DNA from: an uncultured delta proteobacterium
Lineage (GTDB): Bacteria; Desulfobacterota; Syntrophia; Syntrophales; UBA2185
DNA length: 64,000 nucleotides
Assembly: GCA_963729715.1 (NCBI GenBank)
Contig: CAVSPA010000005.1
Coordinates: 384,001 to 448,000 of the forward strand
Direction of reading: 5' to 3'
Positions 60,182-64,000 of this stretch are shown here, one piece after another. The notes under the pieces are model-generated. The model saw only the letters and a program-made list of their open reading frames with translations. It was not told the DNA's origin and searched no databases. Every line of letters begins with the position of its first letter. The stretch's first letter is position 1. Made by a program: the position numbers and the translations under genes.

Positions 60182-61207
60182 ATGCGTTACGTAAAATTGG
60201 GAAAGACAGGTTTGAAGATTTCGGAGGTGGGATTCGGTGGAATTCCCATTATCCGCCTCGACATGGACACAGCGGTAGCGGTGCTTCGCCGCGCCTACGA
60301 GCGGGGGATCACCTTTTACGATACGGCCAATATTTACCGTGACAGCGAGGAGAAAATCGGGCGAGCTTTTGACGGCAGGCGAAAAAAAATTGTGCTCGCG
60401 ACCAAGACGTTTCAGAGAAACGCCGCCAACGTGACGAAGCACATCGAAAATAGTTTGCGCATGCTGAAGACGGATTATCTCGACCTATACCAACTCCACC
60501 AGGTAGCCCAGGAGAGGGATCTCCTTGCGATCAGCGCGCCCGGCGGGGCGCTGGAAGCCGTGATGAAGGCCCATAAACAGGGAAAGGTGCGGTTTATAGG
60601 CGTCACTTCGCATAACTTTGCAATGGCCGTAAAACTGGTAAAGACCGGCCTCTTTGCCACCGTTCAGTTCCCATTCAATTTTATCGAGGATGAACCAAAG
60701 AATGAACTGCACCCCGAGGCGCGCAAGCAGGACATGGGCATTCTGGCGATGAAACCCTTTGCCGGCGGCGTGATTGACAATGCAAGGATCGCCATTAAAT
60801 TCCTGCGCCAGCATCATGACGTTATTCCCCTTGTGGGCTTCGATTCAGTCGCATCTGTGGACGAAGTCGCCTCCTTTTACGAGCGCGCGAACAGGGTAAC
60901 CAAGAAAGACCGGGAACTTATGGACAAATATCGCATTGAACTTGGCAAGCAGTTTTGCCACAGGTGTGAATATTGCCAGCCATGTCCTCACGGCGTCATG
61001 ATTACACCGGCTATGGCTTACAAGGTCGTTGCCTCCAGGATGTCGCCGGCTGTCGCCGTTGACTTTTCCCGGGTGATGATGGAGAGCGTGAAGCTGTGTG
61101 AGGAATGCGGGGAGTGCGAGGAACGCTGTCCGTATGAACTGCCCGTCCAGGAAATGCTCAAGGCCAATTACGATCTGTACGAGCGGCACCGCGCCGGGCT
61201 TAAGTAA
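60182..61207 (+). CDS. Aldo/keto reductase with C-terminal 4Fe-4S dicluster
   Basis: LGKTGLKISEVGFG, DTANIY, DYLDLYQLH, CHRCEYCQPCP and CEECGECEERCP. Confidence 0.92.
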   Translation: MRYVKLGKTGLKISEVGFGGIPIIRLDMDTAVAVLRRAYERGITFYDTANIYRDSEEKIGRAFDGRRKKIVLATKTFQRNAANVTKHIENSLRMLKTDYLDLYQLHQVAQERDLLAISAPGGALEAVMKAHKQGKVRFIGVTSHNFAMAVKLVKTGLFATVQFPFNFIEDEPKNELHPEARKQDMGILAMKPFAGGVIDNARIAIKFLRQHHDVIPLVGFDSVASVDEVASFYERANRVTKKDRELMDKYRIELGKQFCHRCEYCQPCPHGVMITPAMAYKVVASRMSPAVAVDFSRVMMESVKLCEECGECEERCPYELPVQEMLKANYDLYERHRAGLK

Positions 61208-61223
61208 ATTGAACATACCGTTC

Positions 61224-61259
61224 TTGTCATTTCGAAGGAGCAGTGCGACTGAGAAATCT
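61224..61259. repeat. REP-like element
   Basis: ttgtcatttcgaaggagcagtgcgactgagaaatct. Confidence 0.6.
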
Positions 61260-61314
61260 GTGGTGCAAAAAAAATGGGAACATGGCAACTAACTTCCTTA
61301 CGGGAGATACTATT

Positions 61315-61923
61315 ATGAAAACTCGATTGAGCCGCATGGGCATAGCCCTCATCATTGGCCTTTTTTTTCTTTCATCCTGTGGAGGGACAAAATTAAGCAG
61401 CCCCTGGGTTGACAGCGCCTACGAAGGGCGTTATCTGAAAAGCGTTTTGATTGTGGCAATTTCGGATCAAGTCGAAAAAAAGAAATTGGAAGACGCCTTC
61501 GCGAAACATTTTCAGGAGCGTGGTGTAAAGGCAGTCTCTCTTGCATCGATAACCGAGAAGAAGGAACTGACGAGCGCCGAAGTAAGGGCTGAGGCGGCAC
61601 GGTTGAGTATGGATGCAATATTTACTGTCCGCGTGGTCAGCATCGGAGAAAAGGAGGTTATAGACAGCTTCGCTCCGCCACCCGAGGCCTCGCCCGGTTG
61701 GAGTTATTCCTGGCCTATATACACTCTGCAGACACCACCTGCCACGTACAATATTGAAGAGAAGGACATTGTTGTGGAAAGCAATCTCTACGACGCTGCG
61801 ACGGGAAAATTAATGTGGAGAGTCCGTTCCGAGATCATCAAGCCCGGTTCCACGGCCAAACTTATCGATGAGATGTCCAGGAAGGTCATGAAAAATATCA
61901 GAGGCGACAGATTGATCAGATAA
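61315..61923 (+). CDS. Hypothetical lipoprotein
   Basis: Lipobox LSSC; W.D..Y, E..LYDA.TGKL.W pattern. Confidence 0.75.
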   Translation: MKTRLSRMGIALIIGLFFLSSCGGTKLSSPWVDSAYEGRYLKSVLIVAISDQVEKKKLEDAFAKHFQERGVKAVSLASITEKKELTSAEVRAEAARLSMDAIFTVRVVSIGEKEVIDSFAPPPEASPGWSYSWPIYTLQTPPATYNIEEKDIVVESNLYDAATGKLMWRVRSEIIKPGSTAKLIDEMSRKVMKNIRGDRLIR

Positions 61924-62001
61924 GGATCCGGCCTGAAAGATCTGGAAACCCATAAGCGGACAGGCAGCCGGGTCGAGCCCTGAATAAGAGATAGAGGTTT
62001 T

Positions 62002-62775
62002 ATGGCCTTTTTAGTAGGTTTGCTTGCAGGCGCCTTCGGAGGATTCGTAGGCCTCGGCGGCGGCGCCATTACGATCCCCTTCATGGTGGACATCCTCAAG
62101 GTAGACCAGCACAAGGCACATGGGACAAACCTCGTAACCATAGTATTCACGGGAATTGCAGGCGCCATCATGTATAGCCTTGAGGGCAATATCGATCTCA
62201 CCGCTGCCGTTCTCTTGGCCGCACCTGCCATCCTCACCACCCGCGCGGGCTGCCGTTTTGCTCACTCCCTTCCCGAGTGGAAGCTCAAACGTTCCTTCGG
62301 CTATTTTGTGATATTCATGTCACTCCTCCTCCTTGCCAAGCCCTATCTGCCCGGGATTCAGGGCATGGAGAAGGGATGGCAGGCCGCTGCCGTCCTCCTT
62401 TCCACGGGCGTCTTCCTCGGATTTCTCTCCGGTATGCTGGGCGTCGGCGGTGGAATCATCATGGTGCCCGCCATGGTGTTGCTTACGGGTTTTACACAGC
62501 ACACCGCACAGGGCACCTCGCTCCTTGCCATGGTCCCGATAGGCAGCGTTGGCGCCTACACCCACTGGAAACTCGGCAATGTGAAGACAGATATTCTGGC
62601 AGGTATGATTTTCGGGATACTGATAGGGGCCTGCATCGGGGGTACTCTTGCCCATTATTTCTCAGAAGGAGGCCTGCGGATCGCCTTTGCGGTTGTTCTC
62701 ATATGGACAGGTGCTCGCTACGTGCGGGCAAAGGAGCCGATTGATGACACCGACGGCGCAACGTGTCTGCCATGA
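62002..62775 (+). CDS. TauE/SafE (sulfite exporter) family membrane protein
   Basis: Duplicated GG.VG.GGG motifs, QH.A.GT.L. Confidence 0.9.
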   Translation: MAFLVGLLAGAFGGFVGLGGGAITIPFMVDILKVDQHKAHGTNLVTIVFTGIAGAIMYSLEGNIDLTAAVLLAAPAILTTRAGCRFAHSLPEWKLKRSFGYFVIFMSLLLLAKPYLPGIQGMEKGWQAAAVLLSTGVFLGFLSGMLGVGGGIIMVPAMVLLTGFTQHTAQGTSLLAMVPIGSVGAYTHWKLGNVKTDILAGMIFGILIGACIGGTLAHYFSEGGLRIAFAVVLIWTGARYVRAKEPIDDTDGATCLP

Positions 62776-62893
62776 CGCTTGCACTTTTCTTCTTCATGGC
62801 ACTTTTCTTTTTTCATCTGGCGCATATATTTCGCACATCAGCTGAAAGCTCAAACACGACCGAAATGCACCTGCCTCCGATATAGGCCAAGAC

Positions 62894-63262
62894 CTACGAT
62901 GATTGCTGATCTCCGGGTTTATCCGCGATATTTATGTCTTCAGATTTCTTGCTCGCCTTAACGTTCCTGTAATCCTCAAAGGCCAGGTAGATCATCAACG
63001 AGTCGACGACGACCGCGCCGATCCGGCTTGCTCCCTCCGTGTACATCAGCGTAGTTGCAATATCTGTGACGCCGATGACGGCGCAAAGAACATCACCCCA
63101 CGGCTTCCTTCCGTATATGCCGATAATCGCCGCCAGATAAATACAGAACATGACGAGCGGGCCGGGATTCAAGGAAGTCATGAGCGATTCGATCTGGCCG
63201 AAGATTCGCAGCCCGAGGAGCATGAGCATAGCTATAGCTGTTGGACTAAACTTTTTTTTCAC
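62894..63262 (-). CDS. Hypothetical membrane protein
   Basis: Four hydrophobic segments; GTG start. Confidence 0.55.
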   Translation of the reverse strand: MKKKFSPTAIAMLMLLGLRIFGQIESLMTSLNPGPLVMFCIYLAAIIGIYGRKPWGDVLCAVIGVTDIATTLMYTEGASRIGAVVVDSLMIYLAFEDYRNVKASKKSEDINIADKPGDQQSS

Positions 63263-63458
63263 GGATTCGTCTTCATAATGACATGCTTAACGTGCAGGCT
63301 TGTCTTCCCGACAGGAAGCGCTTTTTTCGTTGACGAAGTATTAGGGCAAAAGGAGTTCTTTGTCAACAAGAAAGGGCCTCAAAGGATTGTGAATGCCTTC
63401 GGTTGGTTTAAAAGTACAAAGTCCTGGGCGATATTTCGTTGCTCATGAGACGGATGAT

Positions 63459-63600
63459 TTATAATGATGCCGCAGCGTCAAATCTGGGCAGCGTCGAGAG
63501 AAGTCGATTCTCAACTGCTTCCTCCACTTTGCCTATGCTGAAGGGCTTGGAGAAACAAATATCGGCGCCTGCATCCTTAAATGCCTTCAGCGCAGGGATG
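63459..63600 (-). pseudogene. Response-regulator receiver C-terminal fragment
   Basis: AFKDAGADICFSKPFSIGKVEEAV matches the GA(D)...KPF receiver motif; no N-terminal half. Confidence 0.5.
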
Positions 63601-63931
63601 ATTTATTCGATTCAAAAATTTGCATGCGAAATTTTTCAACCACCATCAGAAGTATTATGTGGATGATTGCAGCAAGAGGCATACCAGATGATGGCGATGC
63701 CATACAAGCAATTAATATCAAAACGTAATTGTTTATCTGATGCTCTGAAAAAGATCCCGTGTGCATCCCAAAAGTGTAGGGATTATCATACGGGAAGAAG
63801 CTTCAATTCCGGTAAAGTGCCTTGATTGCTGCAATGACCGAGTGAAGGGTTTTTCCCTCAATCCTCTTTTCTTGACACAAGGATATTTAAAAGGTTACTA
63901 ATATTGCAAGAAACAACCTGAAGGCAGATCA

Positions 63932-64000
63932 ATGCAGAAGAAAGGCTTTTGGCAGGGCCTTTATCAAAAACTTGCGTCCCGGAAACTTACGGTCGCCATA
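63932..64000 (+). CDS. Start of a gene running off the window (possibly ResB/Ccs1-like)
   Basis: MQKKGFWQGLYQKLASRKLTVAI; LAS.KL is reminiscent of ResB N-termini. Confidence 0.3.
   Translation, partial: MQKKGFWQGLYQKLASRKLTVAI

Noticed and set aside
1..64000. CRISPR array, tRNA, rRNA, integrase or prophage genes
   Set aside because: No regularly spaced repeats, cloverleaf signatures or phage/integrase motifs seen by eye; a covariance-model scan would be needed to exclude small ncRNAs

Overview
64-kb accessory-rich chromosomal window, probably from an anaerobic Desulfobacterota/Syntrophales-like bacterium (inferred from a non-decarboxylating glutaryl-CoA dehydrogenase, an OmcF-like cytochrome and a selenoprotein). 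From left to right: (1) a minus-strand O2-reducing module, gnd-zwf-cytochrome c6/OmcF-like-Rieske-cytochrome b/c fusion-SCO-A2-type heme-copper oxidase (1-9.7 kb). (2) A K+-uptake island (10.1-28.0 kb). Here kdpFABC appears to be driven by a sigma54 promoter and an AlgB/KinB-like two-component pair instead of KdpE. KdpD is reduced to a soluble KdpD-Usp protein fused to a PTS EIIA domain. An orphan sensor domain, a KimA-like transporter, two TA loci and several IS remnants follow. (3) FNR-like reductase, lipoprotein Tpx, pgm and pgi, plus miscellaneous redox and transport genes. (4) An exported DsbC-like thioredoxin-caspase fusion with a DUF4384 partner. (5) A DASS/GGT pair bracketed by a ~75-bp direct repeat, converging on a glutarate uptake/activation/oxidation operon. 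(6) Small signalling genes and a redox cluster that includes a UGA-containing DsbA/FrnE selenoprotein missed by the ORF track. I saw no rRNA, tRNA or CRISPR array. All family assignments come from motif recognition, not database searches.
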